From the NCBI GenBank assembly GCA_036229005.1, contig JAZAMN010000011.1, forward strand, positions 1-64,000: a stretch of 64,000 nt of DNA, read 5' to 3'. The DNA is from Myxococcota bacterium. GTDB lineage: Bacteria; Myxococcota_A; UBA796; CAJQPC01. This document shows positions 18,861 to 27,998 of the stretch, piece after piece. How positions within the stretch are numbered: position 1 is the stretch's first letter; every line of letters begins with the position of its first letter. Below the pieces are notes generated by a model. It saw only the letters and a list, made by a program, of their open reading frames with translations, made no database searches and was not told the DNA's origin. The position numbers were made by a program, and so were the translations under genes.

Positions 18861-20807
18861 ATGTTCGTACACAACGCCGACGATCTGCAGAACTGCTTGC
18901 GCTCCGCCAGCGGCTGGGTGGAGATGGAGGGGGTGGATCTGTCCCAGGTCCCCCCGGAGCTGGGCAACCTGAGCAAGGTGGCCCACATCACCTTCAAGCG
19001 CTGCACCCTGGGCAGCTTCCCCGACGCCGCCTTTGGCCTGGGGAGCGAATACAAGCAGGTCAAGGTCGACTTCTACCAGTGCGACTTCGACGCCGACGCG
19101 CTCTTCGACCGCGCTCTGGACCAGGGCCTCGGGAACTGGAAGGTGCGCGTGTTCGGCCGGGGCAACAAGTCCGAGCCCCGCTGGAAGACCCTGCTGGCCA
19201 TCGGCTCGGAGCACGAGGGCACCCCCAGCCTTCGCCGCGCCGCCTATGCGCTGCTGGCAGGCTCCCTGTCCCCGGAGACCCCCACCGCCCACGTCATCCC
19301 GCTGCTGAACCACGGGAAGGCCCCCGTGCGTCGGGCTGCGGGAGGTTGGCTGGATGTGCACTTCCAGGCTCCTCAGCTCACCAACGGGACCCAGGTCCTG
19401 GTCTTGGGCAAGCCAGAGCGCCTGGAGCGAGACGAGGTCACCGAGCTGCTGGAGGCCCGCGGCCTGAGCGAGACCCGGGCCCTCAAGTCCGCCGGCGCGG
19501 TGCTCCTGCTCCAGAAGCCCGGCAAGCGCCTCGCGCAGGTCCTGGAGCTCGGACTCCCCCTGCTGGTTGAAGGGCACCTGGAGGCCGCTCCCCAAGCGGC
19601 CCCCTCCACCGAGACGGAGCTGGATCGCCTGGACGACATCCTGTTCGCCAACGAGCCCGCGACCATCCTGGTCGGCCTGCGCCTGCTGGGCGGACGCGAG
19701 CTGGACGACCGGCTCCTGGCGGACACCCTGGCCCTGGCCCTCTTCCACGACGACAAGGGCATCCGCAAGGCCGCCCGCGAGCTGGTCCTGGCCAAAGCGC
19801 CCGACAGCCTGCGGGGCCCCCTCGCCGGCGACCGCCGCCGCTACCACACCCTCCAGGACAGCAACAAGATCCACAAGGCCCTGGTGGCCTTCTCCAAGCT
19901 GGGCGTGGACCCCGTCGCCCTGGCCGTCGCCGTGGTCCGGGTGCGCGCGATGCCCGAGAACCTGGGCGAGTCCGAGGCCCTGACCGCGGCGCTGCGCATC
20001 CCCGGCGCCGACCGGCCCGCGCTCGCCGCCGTCGCCCACCTGGAGTCGCTGGCCTTTGGGATCGAGGGCCGCTTCCCCCAGGGGCTGGAGCAGCTCCACG
20101 CCCTCAAGGAGCTCCTCATCGAGTCCGGCTCCACCATCAAGTCCGACGAGAACGTCGCTGCGCTCGCGTCCCTACCGAACCGCATCCACCTGGATGTGCG
20201 CCCTCGGAGCCTGGACCTGACCCACCTGCTGCCCGTGGCCGAGCGCCTGGTTGGGCTCGCCGTCTCCTACACCAACAGCCTCAAGCACCCCGAGCTGCTG
20301 CCGCACTTCTCGAACCTGGAGATCCTGACCCTGGAGCGCATGGACCTGACGGATCTGGGCCACCTCAGCAGCCTGCCGCTGCGCATCCTCCGCATCGCGC
20401 GCGTGGAGGCCACTGACCTGAGCCCCCTCGCAGAGCTGGCCGGCACCCTCAAGGTCCTGGACATCTCCCACGTCAAGGCGGACCTGAGCCCTCTGCGCAG
20501 CCTGACCGGCCTGCAGGAGCTGAGCATGGTCCAGACCGGCGTGAAGGACCTGAGCTTCGTCCAGGCCATGCCCGAGCTGCGCACCCTCGACATCGGCAAC
20601 GCCCACTGCAACGACCTCGCCGCGCTGGCCGGGCACCCCAGCCTGGAGGTCCTGCACATCGGCTACTTCGTCCGAGAGGGCCAGGTGGATCTGAGCGCCC
20701 TGCTGGAGGTGCCCAAGCTCCGGGCCGTGCATGGCGTCGGCACCGTCACGCCAGAGGCCGCTGAGCAGCTTCGGGCTGCGCGGCCCCAGCTCTGGATCAG
20801 CCATTGA
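18861..20807 (+). CDS. BRCT-like domain + helical region + leucine-rich repeat protein
   Basis: AAGGAG 8 nt before ATG 18861. BRCT-like segment QVLVLGKPERLERDEVTELLEARG...KPGKRLAQVLELGLPLLVE. Internalin-type LRRs such as DLSPLRSLTGLQELSM and DLSFVQAMPELRTLDI. Confidence 0.75.
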   Translation: MFVHNADDLQNCLRSASGWVEMEGVDLSQVPPELGNLSKVAHITFKRCTLGSFPDAAFGLGSEYKQVKVDFYQCDFDADALFDRALDQGLGNWKVRVFGRGNKSEPRWKTLLAIGSEHEGTPSLRRAAYALLAGSLSPETPTAHVIPLLNHGKAPVRRAAGGWLDVHFQAPQLTNGTQVLVLGKPERLERDEVTELLEARGLSETRALKSAGAVLLLQKPGKRLAQVLELGLPLLVEGHLEAAPQAAPSTETELDRLDDILFANEPATILVGLRLLGGRELDDRLLADTLALALFHDDKGIRKAARELVLAKAPDSLRGPLAGDRRRYHTLQDSNKIHKALVAFSKLGVDPVALAVAVVRVRAMPENLGESEALTAALRIPGADRPALAAVAHLESLAFGIEGRFPQGLEQLHALKELLIESGSTIKSDENVAALASLPNRIHLDVRPRSLDLTHLLPVAERLVGLAVSYTNSLKHPELLPHFSNLEILTLERMDLTDLGHLSSLPLRILRIARVEATDLSPLAELAGTLKVLDISHVKADLSPLRSLTGLQELSMVQTGVKDLSFVQAMPELRTLDIGNAHCNDLAALAGHPSLEVLHIGYFVREGQVDLSALLEVPKLRAVHGVGTVTPEAAEQLRAARPQLWISH

Positions 20808-21892
20808 GCAGCAGCGGTCTCGGTCAGCGGCTCAGCGCTCCGGCGCTCAAGGAGCTGCTGGCCCACACCTTCCAGGCCAACCTGGCGGCCGAGGCCCACG
20901 GCGGTCGCCGCCTGCCCGTATGCATCTGGGGTCCGCACGGGATCGGCAAGACCGAGCTGGCCGAGGACTTCGCCCGGGAGCGCGGCTGGGCCTTCTCCTA
21001 CGTCGCCCCCGCCCAGTTCGAGGAGATGGGTGACTTCCTGGGGATGCCCCGCATCGACGCCCAGGGAGACACCCGCTTTGCGCCCCCTGCGTGGGTCCCC
21101 CGCGAGCCCGGGCCGGGCCTGCTGCTCCTGGACGACTTCAACCGCGCCAGCGGCCGGATCCTGCGCGGCACCATGCAGCTCATGCAGCGCCACGAGACCA
21201 TGGCCTGGCGCCTGCCCGCCGGCTGGCAGATCCTGGCCACCGCCAACCCCGAGGGCGGCGTCTGGCAGGTCAGCGCCATGGACCCCGCGATGCTCAGCCG
21301 CATGGTCCACGTCAGCCTGGCCTTCACCCTGGCCCCCTGGCTGCGCTGGGCGGAGCAGGCCGGCCTCGACCCCCGCGGACTGGCCCTCGCCCGCTCCGCG
21401 CCCGGACTCCTGGAGCAGGCCAGCCCTCGGGCCTTCACCCAGCTCATCCGCCTGCTCGCCCCCATCCCCGACTGGAGCGCCGACTCCGAGATGGTCCAGG
21501 CGCTGGTCTGGGGCTGCCTGGAGCCCGAGGCCGCCGCCATGTTCCTGGGCCTGCTCTCCAAGGGCCCGCGGGCGCTCCCCGATCCCCTCGCCTGCCTGCG
21601 CAGCGGCGCCATCACGCCCCTGCTGCTCACCCCTCTGTCCGAGCTGCTCAGCAGCGAGGCCCCGCCCATGGACGCCATCCTGCAGTTCCTGGGCCGCCTC
21701 GCCCCCGCCTGCGACGCCCTCTCCACCTCGGAGCGCCCCCAGGCGGTGGCCAACCTCAAGGCCCTGCTGCTCCTGGATGCCCTGCCCGAAGAGCTGGTGA
21801 TGGTGCTGGCCACCGAGCTCGCCCCCACCGGCGCACTGGGCAAGCAGGTGCTCTCCGACCCCCAGGTCGCCAGGCGCCTGCTGGGAGGCTGA
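20804..21892 (+). CDS. MoxR/dynein-related AAA+ ATPase
   Basis: IWGPHGIGKT Walker A, LLLLDDFNRA Walker B, ILATANP, MDPAMLSR, SPRAF. TTGA overlap with the upstream gene. Confidence 0.85.
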   Translation: MSSSGLGQRLSAPALKELLAHTFQANLAAEAHGGRRLPVCIWGPHGIGKTELAEDFARERGWAFSYVAPAQFEEMGDFLGMPRIDAQGDTRFAPPAWVPREPGPGLLLLDDFNRASGRILRGTMQLMQRHETMAWRLPAGWQILATANPEGGVWQVSAMDPAMLSRMVHVSLAFTLAPWLRWAEQAGLDPRGLALARSAPGLLEQASPRAFTQLIRLLAPIPDWSADSEMVQALVWGCLEPEAAAMFLGLLSKGPRALPDPLACLRSGAITPLLLTPLSELLSSEAPPMDAILQFLGRLAPACDALSTSERPQAVANLKALLLLDALPEELVMVLATELAPTGALGKQVLSDPQVARRLLGG

Positions 21893-22987
21893 GTGCAGAG
21901 GGCCCTGAGCCGCGCCACCACCGAGCTGCTCCTGCAGCGCCCCTTCTTTGGCCACATCCTCTGCGGCCTGGAGCGCCGAATCGTCCCCGGGGCCGCGCTG
22001 CGCCTGCGCGTCGACCAGGGCCGATTCATCCTCCAGCTTGGCCTCGAGCGCGTCCGCACCAGCACCCCCGCCCAGCTCCGCGGGCTGCTCCTGCACGCCC
22101 TGCTCCACCTCGCCCTCCGGCACCCGCAGCGCCAGCAGCAGCGCCCCGCCGCCACCTGGCAGCTCGCCTGCGACCTGGTCATCGCGCCCCTGATTCCCCC
22201 CGATGAGCGCGCCGAAGACCACCCCCTCCCCCAGGAATTCGGCTTCCGGGAGCACCTCAGCGCGGAGGCCTACCACGCCCTGCTCGATGCCGACCCCAGC
22301 CAGGCTCCCGGCCCAGGAGACGGGCTCCCCCACCCCGAGTGGGCCGAGCTCGGCGACGGCCCCGACGTGGAGCTCGCTCAGCAGCGCCTGGCCACCCTCA
22401 TCCAGTCAGCGTGGGCCCGCCGCGGCCCGCCCGGTCTGCTCCCCAGCGCCCTCCACCGCGCGATCCTCCAGTGGCTGGGGGTGCCCAGCGTCCCCTGGAG
22501 CGCGGAGCTGCGCCGCTTCGAGGCCCGCGCCCAGCGCCAAGAGCGCAAGCCCACCCTGCACCGCCGCTCCCGTCGCTATGGCACCGTCCCCGGCCTGCGC
22601 ACCGGCGACCGCTGCCGGCTGGTCGTCGTCCTGGACACCTCCGGCTCCATCGGTCCCCAGGAACTCGGCCGCTTCGGCACCGAGCTCCGCGCCCTCTCCG
22701 CCACCGGCACCGAGCTCTTCCTGGTCCTGTGCGACGCCGCCGTCCACGCCCGTATGCCCTTCACCGGCACCCTGCCCGAGCAGATCCCCGGCGGCGGCGG
22801 CACCGACCTGGAGCCTGGCCTGCAGGCCGCCCTGGAGTACGACCCCGACGGCGTGATCCTCTTCACCGATGGGGGCCTCCCGCCCCTGCGCACCCGAGCC
22901 CCCTGCCCCCTGCTCTGGCTGCTCACCCCCGACGGCCTCTCCGATCCCTACAGGCAAGGGGAGGAGCTGCGTCTGCCCCCGAGCTGA
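21893..22987 (+). CDS. DUF2201-type putative metallopeptidase domain + vWA-like domain protein
   Basis: LLLQRPFFGHIL, HALLHLALRH, WQLACDL, MIDAS motif VLDTSGSI, CDAAV, GGGGTDL, ILFTDG. Confidence 0.85.
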   Translation: MQRALSRATTELLLQRPFFGHILCGLERRIVPGAALRLRVDQGRFILQLGLERVRTSTPAQLRGLLLHALLHLALRHPQRQQQRPAATWQLACDLVIAPLIPPDERAEDHPLPQEFGFREHLSAEAYHALLDADPSQAPGPGDGLPHPEWAELGDGPDVELAQQRLATLIQSAWARRGPPGLLPSALHRAILQWLGVPSVPWSAELRRFEARAQRQERKPTLHRRSRRYGTVPGLRTGDRCRLVVVLDTSGSIGPQELGRFGTELRALSATGTELFLVLCDAAVHARMPFTGTLPEQIPGGGGTDLEPGLQAALEYDPDGVILFTDGGLPPLRTRAPCPLLWLLTPDGLSDPYRQGEELRLPPS

Positions 22988-23008
22988 TGGGCCCACCCCC
23001 CGGGCACC

Positions 23009-23731
23009 TCAGCCCTCGAGCAGCTCGACCTCCTCGGCCCCGACGAAGTGCTGCTGTCCTGAATCGCTGCGGATCCCGACGCGGATCCCCGGTCCTCGCT
23101 TGGACGGCCCGATCCAGAAGATGACCCCGCGCAACCCCCGCTGCTTGGGTGGGCCCAGGACCACCTGCACCCGGTCCCCCTTCTCCAGCTCCACAGCCAC
23201 AATACCCGTGTCCTCCGGTGCTGCGACCCTGGCCTTCATCCAGGCCACGCACTCCTGCAGCGACGCGATCTGGCGGTGGGCGCGATCCCAGGTCCCCACC
23301 CCGTCCAGCCCGTCCTGCCCCACCATGCGCTGCAGGCTGCTGAGCTGAGCCTTCGCCAGATCCACCGCGGAGGCACCATCGGAGAGCCGCAGGTTGCGCC
23401 GCCGCAGCCGCTCGATCAGCCACGGGGGCATGGGCTTGGGGAGCACCGCCTCGACACCGGGCAGACACGCCAGCGCGAAGGACCAGCCGTTCATCGACAG
23501 CGCCGTCACGAGCGGCAGCCCTCCCAGATCCACCCTCCGCCAGTCCCGGATCCGCGGGGCCAGCAGCCTCCCAATGGCCGGCCACTGGTGGTCGCTGGCC
23601 ACCTGGAAGGCCGCGATCAGGGCTGCCTGCGAGAAGTCCTCGTGACGCTTCAGCAGCGCCTCCAGTGCGCCCGCCTCCCCCCTCGCGGCCAGCCTCCGGA
23701 GCTCCTCCGCCGCCTCGGTCTCGCCGCTCAC
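23009..23731 (-). CDS. Hypothetical protein with C-terminal KOW/SH3-like beta domain
   Basis: GTGA overlap with 23728..24246. C-terminal KGDRVQVV...RGVIFWIG...RVGIRSDSGQQHFV. Confidence 0.6.
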   Translation of the reverse strand: MSGETEAAEELRRLAARGEAGALEALLKRHEDFSQAALIAAFQVASDHQWPAIGRLLAPRIRDWRRVDLGGLPLVTALSMNGWSFALACLPGVEAVLPKPMPPWLIERLRRRNLRLSDGASAVDLAKAQLSSLQRMVGQDGLDGVGTWDRAHRQIASLQECVAWMKARVAAPEDTGIVAVELEKGDRVQVVLGPPKQRGLRGVIFWIGPSKRGPGIRVGIRSDSGQQHFVGAEEVELLEG

Positions 23732-24246
23732 AGCGCCGCCAGGCTGTGGTCGCCCCGGGGCAGCCTCAAGCGCTTGGGCGGATCTCCGGCGGCCCCTCGG
23801 TGTGTCTTCCCCCCGGCGTCGACCAGCAGCGAGAACTTCGCATAGCCGTGGGTCACCAGCCAGAGCGCCGGGCGAGCCGAGCCCTCCAGCCCCTCGGCCG
23901 CCAAGGCCTGCTGCCCCGCCGAGCGCCCACCCTTGAAGTGCGCCTTGGCCTGCGCGATGGCCCCCGCCTGCACCGCGGTGTCCGCCATCATCTCCAGGTC
24001 ATCCCAGTCCCAATCGCCGCTCTCCAGCATCTCGCCGGCCATCAGATCCGGCTCCGCAGCGGCGACGGCCACCCCCACCACCGCGTGGTCCAGGCTCTCG
24101 CCGTAGGCCTGTCCGTGGGCCAGCGCGCTCCAGCCCTCGACGCCCTTCAGCGCAGCCTGGAGCGCCTCGAGCGCGCTCACGCTGAGCTCTTCGAGCGCCC
24201 ACCCATACACCACCACCGCGCAGCCACCATCGGGGAGCTCAACCAT
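23728..24246 (-). CDS. Hypothetical protein
   Basis: GGAGG RBS before the ATG, coupled to the downstream ORF. Confidence 0.55.
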   Translation of the reverse strand: MVELPDGGCAVVVYGWALEELSVSALEALQAALKGVEGWSALAHGQAYGESLDHAVVGVAVAAAEPDLMAGEMLESGDWDWDDLEMMADTAVQAGAIAQAKAHFKGGRSAGQQALAAEGLEGSARPALWLVTHGYAKFSLLVDAGGKTHRGAAGDPPKRLRLPRGDHSLAAL

Positions 24247-24346
24247 GCTTGCCTCCAGGTCGACGAGCGCATGTCCTCGTCGATGCCAGGGGGTCTTAGT
24301 CCGGCCACCGCGCTACCAAGCCCGCGGAGTTGTGACCGGATGTGAC

Positions 24347-24967
24347 CTACTCCTCTCCCATCCCCTTGAACCCCGTCCCTGCGATGAAGAACTCCCGGCT
24401 CACGCTGCGCACCGCCTCGGGCTTGTAGCGCCGGAGCACCTGGAAGTCCTGGCGGATGGCGTCGATGCAGCCGTTCGCGTCGCTGCCGTCGAAGATCTTG
24501 TAGACGATGGCCCCGCCCGGCTTGAGGAGCTGCTGCGCCAGGAAGTGCGCCCGCTCCACCAGGCCGATCTGGCGCAGGTGGTCGGTGTCCTTGTGACCCG
24601 TGGTCTTGGGGGCCATGTCCGAGAGCACCACGTCCGCGGGGCCGCCCAGGGCCTCCAGCAGCTCGCTGGCCTCGACCTCGTACACCGAGCGCACGATGAA
24701 GTTGCCCACGATCCCCTGGGGCTCGTCCAGGTCCACCCCGGAGATCACGCCCTTGGGGCCCACCTTCTGCGCCGCGTAGCGCGTCCAGCTCCCCGGGTAG
24801 CAGCCCAGGTCCACCACGCGCATGCCCGGCTTGAAGAGCCCCACCTTGCGGTCGATCTCCTCGAGCTTGTAGACCGAGCGGGCCGCGTAGCCTTGGCCCT
24901 TGGCCTTCTTGGTGAAGTGGTCGCCCCGGTAGGCCGACCCACCGCCCTTTCTGCGACGGCGGCTCAT
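24347..24967 (-). CDS. rlmE: 23S rRNA Um2552 methyltransferase RlmE/FtsJ
   Basis: DHFTKKAKGQGYAARSVYKLEEID, VVDLGCYPGSW, DVVLSDMAPKTTG, KIFDG, KPEAVRSVSRE. ATG at 24967 overlaps the engB stop. Confidence 0.92.
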   Translation of the reverse strand: MSRRRRKGGGSAYRGDHFTKKAKGQGYAARSVYKLEEIDRKVGLFKPGMRVVDLGCYPGSWTRYAAQKVGPKGVISGVDLDEPQGIVGNFIVRSVYEVEASELLEALGGPADVVLSDMAPKTTGHKDTDHLRQIGLVERAHFLAQQLLKPGGAIVYKIFDGSDANGCIDAIRQDFQVLRRYKPEAVRSVSREFFIAGTGFKGMGEE

Positions 24968-25593
24968 GGCAGATCCAGCTCCTGGCCCACCGCCACGGCA
25001 TTGAGGACCCGCCAGGTCTCCTCGACACCCAGCCCCTCGAGCGAGGAGAACGCGATGATCTGCTGCGTGGACAGGCCCAGGGGCTTGCGGATCTCCTTGA
25101 GGGCCGCCGCGCGCTTGGAGCGCTTGATCTTGTCGACCTTGGTGGCCAGCACCAGCAGCGGGATGTGCGCCTGACGCAGGCCCCAGATCATCTCGGCGTC
25201 CAGGTTCTGCACCCCGTGGCGGGAGTCCACGACCACGACCACCAGCTTGAGGGCCTCGCGGCCGCCCAGGTAGCCCTCGATCATGCCCTTCCAGTGCGAC
25301 TTGACCTCGGCCGGGACCTTGGCGAAGCCGTAGCCCGGCAGATCCGCAAAGATCAGGCGCTTCTCTACCGTAAAGAGGTTGATGCGCTGGGTGCGCCCCG
25401 GCGTGCCCGAGACCCGCGCCACCTTCTTGGTGTTCAGGAGCTTGTTGATGGCCGAGGACTTGCCCACGTTGGACCGCCCGGCAAAGGCGATCTCCGGCCA
25501 AGGGGTCGCGGGCATCTCGTGGACGGCGCCGAAGCTGCCCAGCAGGCCGACGCGACCGCCGGCGTACTGCTTGATGGGCTCTGGTGTCTGCAT
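24964..25593 (-). CDS. engB: Ribosome biogenesis GTPase EngB/YihA
   Basis: EIAFAGRSNVGKSSAIN, GTPGRTQ, DLPGYG, TKVDK. Confidence 0.95.
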   Translation of the reverse strand: MQTPEPIKQYAGGRVGLLGSFGAVHEMPATPWPEIAFAGRSNVGKSSAINKLLNTKKVARVSGTPGRTQRINLFTVEKRLIFADLPGYGFAKVPAEVKSHWKGMIEGYLGGREALKLVVVVVDSRHGVQNLDAEMIWGLRQAHIPLLVLATKVDKIKRSKRAAALKEIRKPLGLSTQQIIAFSSLEGLGVEETWRVLNAVAVGQELDLP

Positions 25594-25642
25594 GGGAGCC
25601 TCCCTAGCGCTCCCAGAGCCCGCGCGCACGCGTCAAAGTCCC

Positions 25643-26077
25643 TCAGTAGACGTCGGTGGGGGTCAGGCGCTCCGGCTCTCCCCCGTCCGTGAGCTCGTAG
25701 CGGGCGTAGACCCCGTCCCCATCGACATCGATCAAGGCCCCCGCCAGGTAGCGCTGCCCGTCCCCGGGCACATCCACCCAGTAGACCCCGCGGACCTGCC
25801 CAGCCTCGGGGTTCAGGCGCTGCCAACAGGGCGTCTGAGGCCAGCTCCGCTGCGCCTTGGGATCCACGCTCGCCAACATGCCGGTGGCCTCCTGCTCGTT
25901 GGAGCACCCCAGGTAGGCGCTCTCCGCCGCGTGGATCGCCGCCTGCTGCTCCGCGATCTGCTTGAGCTCGAAGGGGGCCTCGCTCCGCTTGGTCCGCAGA
26001 CTCATCTCCGTGTCCGGCGCCGCGCAGGCCAACACCAGACCACCAAACCCCACCACCAGACCGCTTCGCCAGCTCAT
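25643..26077 (-). CDS. Lipoprotein with type IV pilin-like globular domain
   Basis: GGAGGA RBS, MSWRSGLVVGFGGLVLAC lipobox, then RTKRSEAPFELKQIAEQQAAIHAAESAY, VRGVYWV and DVDGDG, recalling deltaproteobacterial pilin heads. Confidence 0.6.
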   Translation of the reverse strand: MSWRSGLVVGFGGLVLACAAPDTEMSLRTKRSEAPFELKQIAEQQAAIHAAESAYLGCSNEQEATGMLASVDPKAQRSWPQTPCWQRLNPEAGQVRGVYWVDVPGDGQRYLAGALIDVDGDGVYARYELTDGGEPERLTPTDVY

Positions 26078-26148
26078 CGCGTCCTCCACCGGATCCTGCC
26101 GACTGATATGGCTCCAGGGGCGACGCTGCAAACCCACGAGGCTACAGG

Positions 26149-27189
26149 ATGAGCATGCACGCCTTCGAGTGGTCCAAGGCCGTCAAGCAGCGCCGAATCC
26201 ACCGCCTGGATCCGGAGCGGCGCGTCTACGTGATCTCCGACCTCCACCTGGGGGACGGGACCTTCTCGGACACCTTCGCCCAGAAGGATCGCCACCTGCT
26301 GCGCTTCCTGGACAAGGTCGACCAGGAGGGCGCCACCCTGGTCGTGGCCGGCGACGCCGTGGACTTCTCCCAGGCCTGGTTCTTCACCAACATCCTGCGG
26401 GCCCACGGCAAGGTCCTGGGCCAGTTCTCCGCCATGGCCGCCGACGGGCGCCTGATCTACGTGCTGGGCAACCACGACCACGACCTGCGCTTCTACACCG
26501 ACGTGCTGCGCATCCCCGTCGTGCACGGCGTGGAGATCGGCCAGCGCGCGCTGATCCTCCACGGCTACGAGTTCGACCCGGTCATCGGCATCGACCTGGA
26601 CCAGAGCGAGTGGCGCACCCGGGCCCACCACCTGGTCGAGCGCGCCCTCAAGACCTGGATCCGCCTGCCCCTGCAGCACTTCTACACCTTCTGGAATCGC
26701 CTCACCTTCTGGGGGTTTCACAAGATGGTGCACGTCGGCCGCGCCCGCGCCGACCTGATGGACCGCCTCTTCGGCGGGCAGCGCCGCGCCGAGCTGGAGG
26801 CCGAGATCAACTACTGGCTGCTGGGACAGATCGGGAACCCCGGTGGCATCTGGGACCAGGCCCGCGCCGCGCTGGAGACCGGCCCCTACGAGATGCTGAT
26901 CACCGGACACAGCCACCTGCCCGGCGTGGTCTCGCTCCCCGGCGGCCGCCAGTACGCCAACACCGGCTCCTGGACCTTCCGGAGCGCCACCGCCCTGCGC
27001 ATCGACCAAGGAAAGCTCGAGCTTCGGGACTGGCTCTCCGGGCGCGCCTGGACCGACGAGCTCTACAAGCCCCTGCTGGCCGGCGAGCTCTCCCAGGTGG
27101 ACTTCGACGCGTGGTGGTCCCAGAACTACCTGGGCTGGCTGCGGTACCGTGTAGACCTCAACCCCCACAGCGCGGAGAGCCAAGCGTGA
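26149..27189 (+). CDS. Calcineurin-like metallophosphoesterase (LpxH/UDP-2,3-diacylglucosamine hydrolase-like)
   Basis: ISDLHLG, AGDAVD, GNHD, LHGYEFD, GHSH, NTGSW. Confidence 0.85.
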   Translation: MSMHAFEWSKAVKQRRIHRLDPERRVYVISDLHLGDGTFSDTFAQKDRHLLRFLDKVDQEGATLVVAGDAVDFSQAWFFTNILRAHGKVLGQFSAMAADGRLIYVLGNHDHDLRFYTDVLRIPVVHGVEIGQRALILHGYEFDPVIGIDLDQSEWRTRAHHLVERALKTWIRLPLQHFYTFWNRLTFWGFHKMVHVGRARADLMDRLFGGQRRAELEAEINYWLLGQIGNPGGIWDQARAALETGPYEMLITGHSHLPGVVSLPGGRQYANTGSWTFRSATALRIDQGKLELRDWLSGRAWTDELYKPLLAGELSQVDFDAWWSQNYLGWLRYRVDLNPHSAESQA

Positions 27190-27986
27190 TCACCTGGTGG
27201 ATGGCCATCAGCGCCAGCGCCCTCGCGGCGTCCGAGAGCACCCAGGAGCAGGCCCGCGTAGAGCGCACCCTGCTCACCTGCAGGACCCGTGCCCAGGAGC
27301 TCCTCGACGAGCCCCAGGCTCTGCTCGCGTCCTGGGACCACTGCGCCGAAGAGGCCAAGGATCGCGGCGTTGAAGCTGCCATTCCACTGATCCTCGGAGA
27401 GCGGACCCTGGTGGAGCTGCGCCTGGCGCACCCCGAGCTCAAGGCCCAGGATCCCCTCGCCTGGTCGCTGCTCGTCCTCAAGACCCAGGCCGCCAGGCCG
27501 GAGGCCACCCTCCCCTTTGAGGAGGTGAAGGAGTCCTGGCTCAAGCAGGTCAGCGATCCCTCAACTCGCCAGAACCTCGATCGCGTGCGCACCGTGACGG
27601 TTCGACCCGCAAGCGAGGACAGTGATCCGCAGGCCCAGGCGGTGTACGACCTGGTGCGGCGCCACATCGGGGACCTGGGCTTCAAGGTCTCCCTCCCCGA
27701 CGAGGCCTCCGCAGCGGACTCCGCGATCCACCTGAACCTGGGCATCCAGAGCGACAGCTCCGTCCGCAAGACCAGCCGGATGACCTTCCACGAGGTGGAG
27801 ATCCAGCTTCAGTGCAGCGCGCCGCGATACGTGCGCCTGGACGCCGAGGGCGCGCCCCTCAAGGTCAGCGGTCACTCGACCCCCACCCTCAAGGACCAGG
27901 CCTGGCGAGAGGCCGCAGATCAGGCCGCCGCCAAGCTGGCCGAGGCCCTGCTCCGGCAGGTGGTCCAGACCCTCTACGCAGACTGA
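27186..27986 (+). CDS. Hypothetical exported protein
   Basis: GTGA overlap at 27186, short signal-like MITWWMAISASALA. Corresponds to the 3' part of track ORF 25962..27986. Confidence 0.7.
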   Translation: MITWWMAISASALAASESTQEQARVERTLLTCRTRAQELLDEPQALLASWDHCAEEAKDRGVEAAIPLILGERTLVELRLAHPELKAQDPLAWSLLVLKTQAARPEATLPFEEVKESWLKQVSDPSTRQNLDRVRTVTVRPASEDSDPQAQAVYDLVRRHIGDLGFKVSLPDEASAADSAIHLNLGIQSDSSVRKTSRMTFHEVEIQLQCSAPRYVRLDAEGAPLKVSGHSTPTLKDQAWREAADQAAAKLAEALLRQVVQTLYAD

Positions 27987-27998
27987 CAGGAAGGCTTT

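Noticed and set aside
15234..20099. 1621-aa minus-strand ORF
   Set aside because: Antisense shadow of the pseudokinase, pepA and LRR genes caused by GC-rich codon bias. No recognisable motifs.
24260..24283. Inverted repeat TCGACGAG-N8-CTCGTCGA downstream of rlmE
   Set aside because: No U-tract and short GC-rich palindromes are common at this composition, so no function can be supported.
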